This document shows positions 13,300-24,890 of a DNA stretch of 64,000 bases, one piece after another. A program made the position numbers and the translations under genes. The notes under the pieces were generated by a model. The model was not told the origin of the DNA and searched no databases. It saw only the letters and a program-made list of their open reading frames with translations. Source of the DNA: Azolla caroliniana (taxonomy: Eukaryota; Plantae; Polypodiophyta); the NCBI GenBank assembly GCA_043228905.1, contig JBHGNT010000008.1, positions 2,790,001-2,854,000 on the forward strand, in the 5' to 3' direction. How positions within the stretch are numbered: position 1 is the stretch's first letter; each line of letters opens with the position of its first letter.

Positions 13300-13850
13300 A
13301 ATATAATGCGAATGGTAAATGCAAATACAAGTATTGATAGGGCAAAGACAATGATTTGTGGGATTCAAAGTGATGATCGTCCGTGGGCCAACCGTCACTA
13401 ATAACAGGGCACCTACAGTTAGTGCCCAGAAGCAAAAAGTTTGAGATCTATGGATGTTGCTTGCACCCATGATCATATGGAGCATATGGACAACAAGATG
13501 TACTAGGGTATTTTCAACAAACAAATGGCCTCCAGCAAAATCTATTAAATTAATATGGCACACATTAATAACTACATTGAGGGCCCAATATGAGCGGATT
13601 GATGGAACAAATGATGCTTCAAAACTAATGAGGCGAAATTTTAGAAAACGATGGTGTAGTACACCGATGGCTGCAGAAACTAGAATGGATATACGTTGGC
13701 AGTACGTAGTACCCAGGTGGTTGTTCCTGTCGAATACGAGTGTATAATGGCCGTATTCACACTGTCCCTTCGGACAACCCAAGTTTGGGCTATTTCTGTA
13801 AATAGAATAAAGGGCAGTTGCCTTGAGATAGTCATTGTATAAAGTGACTT
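13300..13850 (+). mobile_element. L1-type LINE 3' fragment (post-RT region)
   Basis: IIWSIWTTRCTRVF matches the W.IW..RN...F motif of plant L1 ORF2 C-termini. Degenerate. Confidence 0.6.
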
Positions 13851-13927
13851 TGTAAACTTTAGTTAAGGTTGTTGTTGGTTGTCATTCTTTGTAACTGTTG
13901 CTATTGGAATATAACGAGTTGTTTGTG

Positions 13928-13972
<45 letters not shown>

Positions 13973-15045
13973 ATCTTGCTTATGTGCATACACAGGTTCT
14001 TCTTCAAACAGAATGTTGCTTGCACTTCCGCATTGACGGCCTTGTCCCCAACAGTTCCCCCCTCCCATTAGATGAAAGTGGGACGTGAATGACATGAGAC
14101 ACATAGAGAACAAACATGTGGGCTATTGAGTGTAAGATAAATAAGTGATGTCGCCCATATGGAAGTAAGTAATGAATACCCGATATAGGGACTAAAGTTG
14201 TGTACTAAATGACATTTTAACTAATGGAGTATATTCTTATTTGGTAAAAAAAGAAAAAGAAAAAGAAAAAAAGAACAAGAACAAGATGATGAGAATGATC
14301 ATATTGAAGTTGATGTTGAAAAGATGGTTTGTGTGAAAATGGATAGTGGTTCCTTTGAAGTACTTTTTCATCAATATGGGGTGACCATTATCTCCCACAT
14401 TCGTTGGTCTTATCCAACAAAAGAAGAAATAGTAAACAATATTGCGAAAGAAGAAGGATTAGATGGCCCAAAACTCATGAAAGAGCTTATTTTATCCTCT
14501 TGGTGGTTGATAATGTTATGTTTTTCTCATATTCTTTGAATAATTTGCAACTTTTGGTTGATGTATTTGAAACATTCCAACAAAAAGCTAAAATGTTAAA
14601 ATTGCGATATTATGTTGCAATTGTTGACCCGCAATGTTGGCCCCAAAACAACATAAAAAATGCTAGAATTGAATTCAAAGTTAAAACGAACTTCTCCATC
14701 CCAATGTGAGAGTCATGAAGAAGCAAATACCCTGAATAGAAGAGAATTACTATGTTCCCTACAGTTTCATGCTTGTCAATTAACCACCCTCACTCTCTCT
14801 TTCCTTCCCTCTTCCAAAACACACGTTTATATTAATGCCACAAAAGATCCTTCTGAATTGCCAATGTGTCCTAATTTTGATGACAATAGCTACACTCTTT
14901 ATGCATCTACTCAATCACAACTTAATTTCTACATTTCTTTTTTTGTGTTTTCTTTTTGTTCCACCACTTTAAAGTTACACTCCTACACTATTAGGAAGAG
15001 TGTTTTGTAACAACTGTTGTGCCTCATTAGATGTTAATATATCAA

Positions 15046-15076
<31 letters not shown>

Positions 15077-15078
<2 letters not shown>

Positions 15079-16093
15079 GTATGCATCAGTGGTTTGGGCT
15101 CCAAGACTACCATCTTTCATGTGGACGCAATTAGAGAGACCATTGGTGATAATGTTATCATGCCAACTCCGAAGCAAATCGACGGTACCACATGACATTA
15201 TTAGGGTTGAGTTCAGTTTACCCCCAATGTTAGTAGAGGCACTTTTTCAACTTGTAGTCTTTATCCACAGGATACATAACCAACCACATGATAGAATATC
15301 CCATCAAGCCTTTACGGCCTCTCGATCATTGTATGAGTCTGGCTATATACTAGCTCATGGTATGGCATGATGGTGAGTTGGCTTCTTGCGAACGGTCTAA
15401 ACATTAATAACCTCCCTCCCCTTAGGTACAACCACGCAATTGATAACACTTTCATCTCTCATGAGGACCGCAATAAAGTAATACGCCAAGAAATATGGCA
15501 AATTTACACTCAATATAAATGGATCACCCCACTAGAGCCACTCCCATCTAAAATGTTGTACTATAATGAACACTTCATGCACTTCTCTAAGTTAGGTTTT
15601 ATTACGCGGCCAGAATATCTAGATGTATTCTTACCACATGCACTAAGGGTTGCCATTGGACAACTTAGAATATCATCTCACCAACTTGAGATTGAGAATG
15701 GTCGTACTAACGAAGTCCCTAGGGAGGAAAGGATATGTAGGTTATGCCACATAGACATAGAGGATGAGTACCACTTTACATGCAAGTGTCCCACCTACGC
15801 CGAGATTAGAAGCCATGGTTGGGGCACTCTATACACTAAGACCATGGGTCACACCCACACCAAAACCCTTTGACCTCCCACTTCTTTTCGAGAGGCTTGG
15901 GTGGAAATGAAATTAGTCTTAGTGCAAAGTCACTTCCTTTTATCGAGTATACCATGTTTTGTACACTACTAGAACTCTTTTAGTTTAAGTTCTATTTTTA
16001 CTTTATTTTATTTTAGTTCTGATGATTGGATAAATACCCATTTTGTTGTAAACCAAGTGTCTCATGGGCCAATTTTGACCTTAAGAAGACGTT

Positions 16094-16098
<5 letters not shown>
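15077..16098 (+). mobile_element. 5'-truncated, internally deleted copy of the RTEX-like LINE
   Basis: Clearly homologous to 19581-20965 (MYASVVWAP...LRISSHQLEIENGR...CRLC..EDEYHFTCKC, and the same 3' UTR). Flanked by (TC)n at 15048-15076 and 16100-16143. It lacks about 350 bp that the long copy has at about 20312-20662. Confidence 0.93.
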
Positions 16099-16144
<46 letters not shown>

Positions 16145-16147
<3 letters not shown>

Positions 16148-17110
16148 GGTAAAAGCACACAATTATATTAATTGTATGTAAAATCCACTTAGTTACAACA
16201 CTTCTTAGTCTCCTCTACCTATCATATGTCTATGTAGGGAGAGGGATGTCCCGTAATGCCATTAAAAACCCTGAATATACATTTGAGGAAATGATCCCCA
16301 CATGCTCTAACATCCAAAAATTCCACATGAGAATACATTTCAACTTCTTTATATAGGCTTTCACCCCATGTCTATTATCAAACATGAAAGCATTACGCAT
16401 ATTCCAATTGTGTTACAATCCCCAATAGTGTAAAAATTGAAACAATATCTCCATCTCATCATTTGAACCATTTTGAACATATTGAGAAAAAAACCCATTG
16501 TTGAGGTCTCAAACAACAACGGGTTAAAACTTGCCAAATGTCCGATAAGTACTTCCAAATGGTGCACACTATAGGACATTTAATGAACCTATGTGCACTA
16601 TCCTCCAATGGAACAGTGCAAAAGAAACTAGTGTCAGACCCTAGTCCTCGTCTCTTTAATGCTAAACCTAATGACCGGCCACCAATCATGACTCTCCATA
16701 TGAATACTTTTGCACGAAATGGTAGATGGGAATGTCAACCACATTGTAATATTTTCCACCACCTTGCATCTAACTTACAGACATTCCACAACTTCGTTGC
16801 TTTAAGAGATAACCAAGATAATGTGCCATTGCATGATGATACAATATTTGTAGTGACCTATAACGAGCGTGTACCATCTTGTAACCGCCAATCCACCCAA
16901 GGTGCAACATTTGTTTTTAATGGCAAAGATCCTTGCAACAATGGTATATCTTGTAATTTCTCCCAAATAAATCCATAATTTGGGGGAATACATAACCATC
17001 GCTTGGCATCTTCAAATTTTGACAACCTTTGAGATTCATTATCAACCACATCTTCCAAATGTACAATCCCCAATCATAATAAACGATTGAATTGAGATCT
17101 TGACTTCTCT
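16145..17110 (-). mobile_element. Decayed L1-type LINE fragment (zf-RVT region)
   Basis: Minus-strand peptide GLG..LKRRGLG...FCTVPLEDSAHRFIKCPIVCTIW resembles the zinc-binding region C-terminal to RT. Many stops and frameshifts. Confidence 0.6.
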
Positions 17111-17203
17111 TTCCTATGCCAAAACAACACTCGAGAATAAACAAGCAATTCATTTTGTAATGAATTACAAGATTTTCTCTCTCTCTCTCTCTCTCTCTCT
17201 CTT

Positions 17204-20200
17204 TAGACAAACCTCACGTCGACACACTACTAGAGGGTCTGGGGGGGTTGCGATATTATTTCGGAAAGAGATAAATAATAGGATAGAAATACTAAAGTCA
17301 GACCCAGAAGCCCGTTTTATGTGGGTGAAAGTCCTCACTAGTAAGGATCATGTGATATTTATCGCAGTTTGTTACTTCCCCCCGAAAGGGTCCCGCTACA
17401 ATATGGCTGGAGAGGCGAGTATAGTTGATGAAGGAACGCCACATGGGCCTTCTCCATACGAACCTTTGTCGGATGACATAATCCGATATTCTTCTCAAGG
17501 GGAAGTCTTCCTGGTAGGAGATTTCAATGCGAGAACCTAGTCCCGACAATGCACAATATTTCAGATGGATAGAAACCTAGAAATGGTGAATGTCGACCCT
17601 TTAGCCTTAGGCATAACACGTACATCGAAGGATCAAGGTGCGGATGCCACAAGCTTTGGCCATCATCTGCTTGAACTTGGAAGCCGACACCAGATGATCA
17701 TATATAATGGCTTAGCCAAGTGGCCGGGCTCGGAAGAGCTCACATGTTTCCCACATGGAGGAGGGGAAAGCACTGTTGATTATCTAATAGGACGCCCTGA
17801 AGCTACCCACATGGTTAGCTCCTTCCGGGTGGCCCCATGCCCCATTGGGGCAGACCATACCTTCCTATACTTTGAGCTAAAATGTGACACCTCCCACACC
17901 ACCAACTCTAGTAAACCAACCCATCACACTATAATACATTTCACGCATGAGCTCGCGGACATCTACTCTCGACATGTTCAAGCCCATCTTTCCTCGTTTG
18001 ATTCTTCCTTGCCTTTAGAGAACCTCACTACAGAACTCACACACATCCTTCACTCAGCCGCCACTAGTAGCTTCCCATACACGAAAGACTCCAATCATAG
18101 TAGAATAGGGTCTATGCCACAAAACAAGTGGTATGACGAGGATTGTAGAGAGTTGTATAGACAACTTAAAGTATCGCGACTCAGTGGTACTATCTCCTTA
18201 GTACAGGCTCGCAAAGAGATGCGCAAGATGACACGTCGTAAAAGACGAGCTTGGGAAGCATCTCAATATTGGGAACTCTACCATATGCTCATGAGTAGGG
18301 ATTGTGCCCTTGCATGGAAGAGACTACGGGAACCGAGACCACAAACACCCATCGAGGATCCCAATATTTGGCACACATATACCGAGAGACTCTACCATGT
18401 CCCGAACCAACCACCCATTCCAATGCCCTCCACACCTCGACCTACCATGGGGACACTTTTCACGACCTCTAGGGTCACGAAGGTCATAAAAAAATTACAA
18501 CATAGGAAATCCATGGACCACACAGGATTGCGAGCCGAGCACATCATATATGCTCGAGAGTGCCTAGCTCCCCTTCTCACTCTAATCTTCAACCGCGCCC
18601 TCGCCGAGGGTTTTCCACCACAATGGGCCATGAACATTGTGGCCCCTATACATAAAGGAGGGGACCCAATGGACCCAAATACATATAGGACCATTATGAT
18701 AGGTCATATGCTTGCTAAACTATATGGTGCAGTAATGGAAGCGGAGCTCAGTGATTATATGGAAACATTAAGTCTTCGAGCACCTGAGCAGGCTGGCTTT
18801 AGACGAGCCTTCTCCACTATTGACCACATCTTCACACTTAGGTGCTTAATTGACCAAACAAAGGCTCGTAAGAAGAAACTATATTGTTGCTTTGTGGACT
18901 TTCGCAAAGCCTTTGATACAGTTCCTAGGGAGAGGTTGTTTGATAGACTTAAGAGCTTGGAGATACCAAATGACATGATTTGGGCCATTTATGCCCTATA
19001 TGAGCAAGTCTATGGGCGCGTAAGATGCCCAGGTGGCCTATCCGATTGTTTCACTAGCACCATTGGTGTAAAACAGGGTTGCCCCCTATCACCGACTCTT
19101 TTTGGGATCTACATTGATGAGATCACTGATTTTATTGCTCGTAAGGGAGGCAAAGGAGTGGCTATTGGGGATACGCAAGTTAGTCTCTTACTCTACGCAG
19201 ACGACATTGTCTTGCTCTCGGAGTCGGAACACGACCTACAAAAGCATCTTAATGCCCTAGATGACTTTTGTACACAACGAGGACTGGTAGTGAATCTAGC
19301 GAAAACTAAAGTCCTTATCTTTCATACATCGTCCAGAGTTAGGAGTAAATGTCACCTCATCCTCTCTCATAAACTAGTTGAGGTGGTGGGATCTTATGTA
19401 TACTTGGGAGTCACTTTTAGTGCTCGCTCAGGTAAATTCTCGATGACCCAGGCAGCCAAAGATAGGCTAACGAGAGGATATGCATCCCTCTCACTCTTAG
19501 AGAGACAATGCCACCAAGCATACTTTCAAGAGCCACGGACTAAGGGATGGCTTTTCGACTCATTAGTGACCCCGTCCCTCATGTATGCATCAGTAGTATG
19601 GGCTCCAGGTCTACCATCTTTCATGTGGACGCAATTGGAGAGACCTTTAGTGGTGATGTTATCACGTCAACTCCGAAGCAAATCGACAGTACCACATGAC
19701 ATTATTAGAGCGGAGTTTAGCCTACCCCCGATGTTAGTAGAAGCACTCTTTCAAGTGGTAGCTTTTATTCATCGGATACATAGTCAACCACAAGATAGGA
19801 TATCCCGTCGAGCCTTTGAGGCATCCCGATCCTTACATGTGTCTGGAGACACCAACTCTTGGTATAGCATTGTGGTGAGTTGGTTATTTGCAAATGGCAT
19901 AGACATTAATAACCTACCTCCCCTTAAGTACAACCATGGGACTGATCAAACTTTAATCTCTCGTGAAGATCGTAATAAAGTGATACGCCAAGAAATATGG
20001 CAAATCTACACTCGATACAAATGGATCACCCCACGAGAGCCACTCCCATCTAAAATGGTGTACTATAAGGAACACTTCTTGCACTTCTCTAAGTTAGGGT
20101 TTATTACACGACCAAGATACCTAGATACTTTCTTATCAAATGCACTAAGGGTGGCCATTGGACAACTTAGGATATCATCTCACCAACTTGAGATTGAGAA

Positions 20201-20986
20201 TGGTCGAGCTAATAGAGTCCCTAGAGAGGAAAGGCTATGTAGGTTATGCCACATAGAGATAGAGGATGAGTATCACTTCACATGCAAGTGCCCAACTTAT
20301 GCCGAGATACGGGCGGAATACCAAGACATACTAGGACCCTCTCCCACCCTCTCCAAACTATTAGATACCCCGAGTGTAAAGAGACTAGGTAGGTATATCT
20401 TAGAGCTAAAACAACATAGGGAGGATAAATTACAAAGTGTTAATCATAACCCTTTTACTACTCATCAACATGTACCTAGTGTAATTTTTCAGGAACATGG
20501 GGAGACGATGAATGTGGATACACTTATGCCGCTCGGCCTCTCCCTTGAGGAAGCAGAAATACAAAGAGCAACCAAACGTCCTCGGATGTTGGGCTTCAAC
20601 ACAAGTCAACGTGGAGTAGAAAAGATTAAGAAGATAAGGGAACGTGAGCTACGTCGACTCGAAGCTATGGTTGGGGTACCTCTTACATGGGGACCACGGG
20701 CCACATCCACATCATGGCAACCCTTTGACCCCCCGCTTCTCTTCGAGAGACTTGGATGGAAATGAAATTAGGCCTAGTATAGAATCATTCTCATTGTAGA
20801 ACATGTTTTTTATATAGAACATGTTTGTTGTTTTCTTAGAACTATTTAGCTTAAACTCTATTTTATCTTATTTTTATTTTTACTTTCGATGAATGGGTAA
20901 ATATCCCATTTTTGTTGTACACCATTTGTCTCATGGGCCAATTTTGGCCTTAGAAGACGTTAATATATCTTTCTTTCTTTCTTCTT

Positions 20987-20990
<4 letters not shown>
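17204..20990 (+). mobile_element. RTEX-like non-LTR retrotransposon (APE endonuclease, RT, C-terminal Zn finger), 5'-truncated
   Basis: Motifs GSGGVAIL, GDFNART, DYL, GADH, QAGFR, FVDFRKAFD, GVKQGCPLSP, LLYADD, YVYLG and LRISSH.LEIE.GR..R..R.CRLC..EDE.H...C. One frame from 17205 to 20765 with a single TAG at 17538-17540. (TC)n on both sides. Confidence 0.9.
17565..20765 (+). CDS. LINE ORF2: endonuclease C-terminal part, reverse transcriptase, Zn finger (open part of a pseudogenised ORF)
   Basis: 1066-aa uninterrupted frame with canonical RT motifs including YADD. Confidence 0.88.
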   Translation: MDRNLEMVNVDPLALGITRTSKDQGADATSFGHHLLELGSRHQMIIYNGLAKWPGSEELTCFPHGGGESTVDYLIGRPEATHMVSSFRVAPCPIGADHTFLYFELKCDTSHTTNSSKPTHHTIIHFTHELADIYSRHVQAHLSSFDSSLPLENLTTELTHILHSAATSSFPYTKDSNHSRIGSMPQNKWYDEDCRELYRQLKVSRLSGTISLVQARKEMRKMTRRKRRAWEASQYWELYHMLMSRDCALAWKRLREPRPQTPIEDPNIWHTYTERLYHVPNQPPIPMPSTPRPTMGTLFTTSRVTKVIKKLQHRKSMDHTGLRAEHIIYARECLAPLLTLIFNRALAEGFPPQWAMNIVAPIHKGGDPMDPNTYRTIMIGHMLAKLYGAVMEAELSDYMETLSLRAPEQAGFRRAFSTIDHIFTLRCLIDQTKARKKKLYCCFVDFRKAFDTVPRERLFDRLKSLEIPNDMIWAIYALYEQVYGRVRCPGGLSDCFTSTIGVKQGCPLSPTLFGIYIDEITDFIARKGGKGVAIGDTQVSLLLYADDIVLLSESEHDLQKHLNALDDFCTQRGLVVNLAKTKVLIFHTSSRVRSKCHLILSHKLVEVVGSYVYLGVTFSARSGKFSMTQAAKDRLTRGYASLSLLERQCHQAYFQEPRTKGWLFDSLVTPSLMYASVVWAPGLPSFMWTQLERPLVVMLSRQLRSKSTVPHDIIRAEFSLPPMLVEALFQVVAFIHRIHSQPQDRISRRAFEASRSLHVSGDTNSWYSIVVSWLFANGIDINNLPPLKYNHGTDQTLISREDRNKVIRQEIWQIYTRYKWITPREPLPSKMVYYKEHFLHFSKLGFITRPRYLDTFLSNALRVAIGQLRISSHQLEIENGRANRVPREERLCRLCHIEIEDEYHFTCKCPTYAEIRAEYQDILGPSPTLSKLLDTPSVKRLGRYILELKQHREDKLQSVNHNPFTTHQHVPSVIFQEHGETMNVDTLMPLGLSLEEAEIQRATKRPRMLGFNTSQRGVEKIKKIRERELRRLEAMVGVPLTWGPRATSTSWQPFDPPLLFERLGWK

Positions 20991-21038
<48 letters not shown>

Positions 21039-21743
21039 AAGAGTCTATTACTAATCAATAGACCAAACTAAAGTAAAAGAAGGAAAATAGAATGGATAGA
21101 AGAACCTGTTTCACCCAACCACCCTCGAGCTATGATTTAGACATAGTCAACCTACCACCGACGTCCCATACCGCCGAATATTAGGATGACTAATACCTTG
21201 GAAGAGATAAACACGATCGTCGAGACAAAAGCCTAGCCTGCACCACCGGTGTCTAAGACAACAACCTTTCAACGTAATGTCTTTATGAGGGTAGCTAAGC
21301 CTCATATTTATACTTTTTTCTAGGCCCCTTGAATAGATGTGTTTTTCTAAAAGGCTCTCCATTCATTGGTTGTCCAAATCATGATAGTGCATGCACCTAT
21401 CATTCCTTCTATCCAATCATTAGTCCCCTTTTAAACATTAGTGAACATACCCTTCACTAATGTAAATATTAGTGACCTACCCTCACCAACGTTATATGTA
21501 CAAACGTTTATCGAGGGAGTTACAAATTCAAAACAATAGTGGCTTCAAAGTCCAAAGATTGAAAGCGTGAAGACCATTGAACCTTTTATGCATCTATCCC
21601 ATATGATTATGTCGATTGCAACATAAACGACTTGTACCTACTTCCATTGGAAAGATCAATTGTTGCTATCACAACCTTGTACCAACCTACGTACTTGAAG
21701 TATCAACTAGAACCCTTCTCTCTTTGTATTTCCAATAGATAAT

Positions 21744-22640
21744 AGGGAAAAGTACCAAGATACCCTTGGAAGTTCCAAATTTACCAAACTACCCCTATGT
21801 CCAAAAAAATACACTTTATAAAGTAATTATACACTCAAATCTACAAGCCTTATTTACCATAATGCCACTATATACCTATTTTGACCAATTTATACCACTT
21901 TTATTTTTTAAAATACATTATAAATCAAGCTAAATTATCAAAATTATATTTTTCAATTGAAAGGCCACCTTAAAATCCAATTCTATAAATTTACACCAAG
22001 TTATACTAGCTTAATCCCATAAAACCAAAATTTGTGATTGAAGTGACCAAAACTTAATCTTAACACCAAAACATTTGATCGCACACCAAATTTTACCATT
22101 GGGATGCCATTTTGAAGCCAAAATCCATGAATTTGCATATTCACAAAAAATTTGCGGCCAAAATGTTAAACAAAATCTCACAAAAAACTTTGCTACCAAA
22201 ATGTCATTTTAAACGAAATCTCACATAACACTTTGCTATTAAAATGCTATCTTAAACCAAATTTCATGATTTTAAACTAAATTTTGTTAGCAAAATGCAA
22301 TCACAACTAAATCTCATCAATTTCAAAAATACTTGCAAACCAAAATTAATTATCAAAATATAATAATTACATGTTAATTTTGATCCATCTACAAAAAGTA
22401 TAATTCGAAAAATATCCACAAAATCAAATATACCTTTTGACTAAACAAAGTATCTAATAATGCACAAGGTAACCCCATTTGATCAACCCAGTGAATAAGA
22501 AAGAAAAGAAAAACTACGTTGTTAGGTACAAAGGACCCAAAGAATCGCTTAAGTAAAGAAATTTATGTTTGAAGGGTATTCTAGTAAATAGGGCTTGTAG
22601 ATTTGAGTGTATAATTACTTTATACGGTGTATTTTTTTTT
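21744..22640. mobile_element. Non-autonomous Mutator-like element / MITE
   Basis: About 65-bp inverted repeat (about 21803-21868 versus 22574-22639, core ATAAAGTAATTATACACTCAAATCTACAAGCC). The left end begins GGGAAAAGTACC and the right TIR looks truncated. Confidence 0.65.
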
Positions 22641-24435
22641 ACTTTATAAATGTCATGTGCACAAAAAGCAAATATATGGGCAATAAATCAAAATAATGTC
22701 CAATAACTAGTATGCCATAAAGAGTTGGCAATTTTGCGCTTGAAGTTGGGTCATGAACATACAAAACAGCTTTGGTTCAGCCAAAAGTTTCTAAAATGTT
22801 GGAAAAAACAGCATCAATGTACCAAACAATATTTTAACCATCCCATACAGTCACTATAGGAAGTTGAATGCAACAGCATCATTTTGGAACACTCCACAAT
22901 CCTTACAATAAATCAATTCTCCATTTCCAAGAAACACATTCTTTACCATAATCATCGGAGTGTTTTTTCATTGATAAACCTCCATCTTTCATAATCCAAT
23001 GACCACCCATCATTTATTGCATGCTCAACATATAATTCACCGGGAAAATGGTGACTTGTTAACAGGCATGATAATGTGAGTGTTGTACTGAAATTTCCAT
23101 CAAGAACGTTGGGCACATCTATGCATGTATTATTTTCACATCAAGAGTTTTATACGGAGTAGCAAAACCCCCCTTATCAGGATGGAATCACATACAAGAT
23201 ATGCTGTTTTGGTCCAAATTGAATTCATTATGTACAATACAATACCTATTTTCTTCTATCCATCATATTAGGCAAAGCAACATCCTCTTTTGCATGGGAT
23301 GAGCATACGAAGCTCTGGATTTCATAGAATGTGATATACTAAGATAGGTGGTGGCCTGCATGTCTTATCAATTAAGCATGTTTATTATGATAATTATAAG
23401 AGAATGGCAGACTAACGTGAGTGTTTTAAATGCATTTGCAATATATTCTCATAGGGTGAGTGAAGATATGATTTTACCAATATGATCTTGAAAATCTGAT
23501 ATGCCATCCCCAGCAAAACATCAAGCGCTGGCTAGCATTTCAGGTCAACATTAATGAAAATCATCAAAAAGATTTGTTCACTTGATATCCTCAAATCTCT
23601 GTCACACTTGAATGAATATTACATGAATGCATATCAAAGAATATACAAAACTAAGATATATTTAATGAATATACTGATGCTCATGGAACATTGAAAACAA
23701 GAATTTTACTGCCTGAATTTGTTATATATAATGCTCAACTGCAAGAAGTTTATTTTTTACAGTAAGTTACTGGAAGAAGCAGAGATTTTGGACTGATATA
23801 ATTCAGATAGCTAAAGAATGAGAAAGATAAAAGAGAGTTAAATATATATTTGTTGCTAATGCAAAATTGGTGCCCATCTGAATATCAATCGAACCATCAA
23901 CAATATAAAGCATATGATCAATACCAGAAAGAGCTTTTGATTATACAGAAACATTGGAAACAGCAATCATTCGGTTATCGTCGCGAAACCGCTGAGAAGA
24001 AATTCCGACACCTTGGAAAAAGGTAATGCTTCACTACTGCTAGTCCAAATCCTGTAAGATAACCAATAGAATAAATACACAAATAGGCATTTATACTCCC
24101 TCTAAACCATTCATTTACATATACTTTTTGACTTCCCAGCTAAAAGGTATGACAAACTATCCAATGATTTCAAGAAAAAAGACTTAATCAGCAGTAAAAA
24201 AAACTCAGACGATGATAAAATACCATTATTTAAAGAAAACCACTTGTATGAGAACTATCTGAAGATAAAGACTTGTGAGAATATAAACTAAGATTTGACG
24301 AAGACTTGTTGATCATTTAAAGATGATTTGAGAAAAAAACAATAATTTGATAGCTCATATGAGGAAATATACAATTATTTGAAGAGAAAATACTTACATG
24401 AGGAGACATGGAATGATTTCATGCATAACACGCTT

Positions 24436-24604
24436 AAACAAAAGAAAAAGACTTATAAGACAAAGCACACTATGATATGAAGACAATTCCAAGGATCCAG
24501 ATGAACATACCATTGAATAAAAAGCTCAAACAAAAGAAAAAGACTTATACGACAAAGCACACTATGATATGAAGACAATTCCAAGGATCCAGATGAACAT
24601 ACCA
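24436..24604. repeat. Direct duplication of about 77 bp (period 92) downstream of the formin stop
   Basis: AAACAAAAGAAAAAGACTTATA...GATGAACATACCA occurs at 24436 and 24528. Confidence 0.9.
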
Positions 24605-24890
24605 TGATTTGAAGATGATTTCACAGGACCCCATCTTTTAATGGGCCTTTTCATCATCTCTGCACACATGGAGGGTATATACGGTTCTATATTCTGTACA
24701 AAAATCACCTCAGATAATTTTGCACATGGAAAAAAATCGGAAAAGACTCTGATTGTGTAGCTGTACAAGGCGAGAAATAAGAACGTCCACCTTTCTCCCA
24801 TGTGCATGCATGCTCTCCTGATGCAGCACATTTGATGGAACCCTAACCCACAGAGTTTTTTTTCTTATCTAAAATACCAAGGAGAACCTA

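Noticed and set aside
14324-14709. Possible transposase remnant
   Set aside because: No motif could be recognised with confidence.
21035-21500. Possible solo LTR beginning TGTTAAG right after the LINE tail
   Set aside because: No convincing matching ...AACA end or TSD was found.
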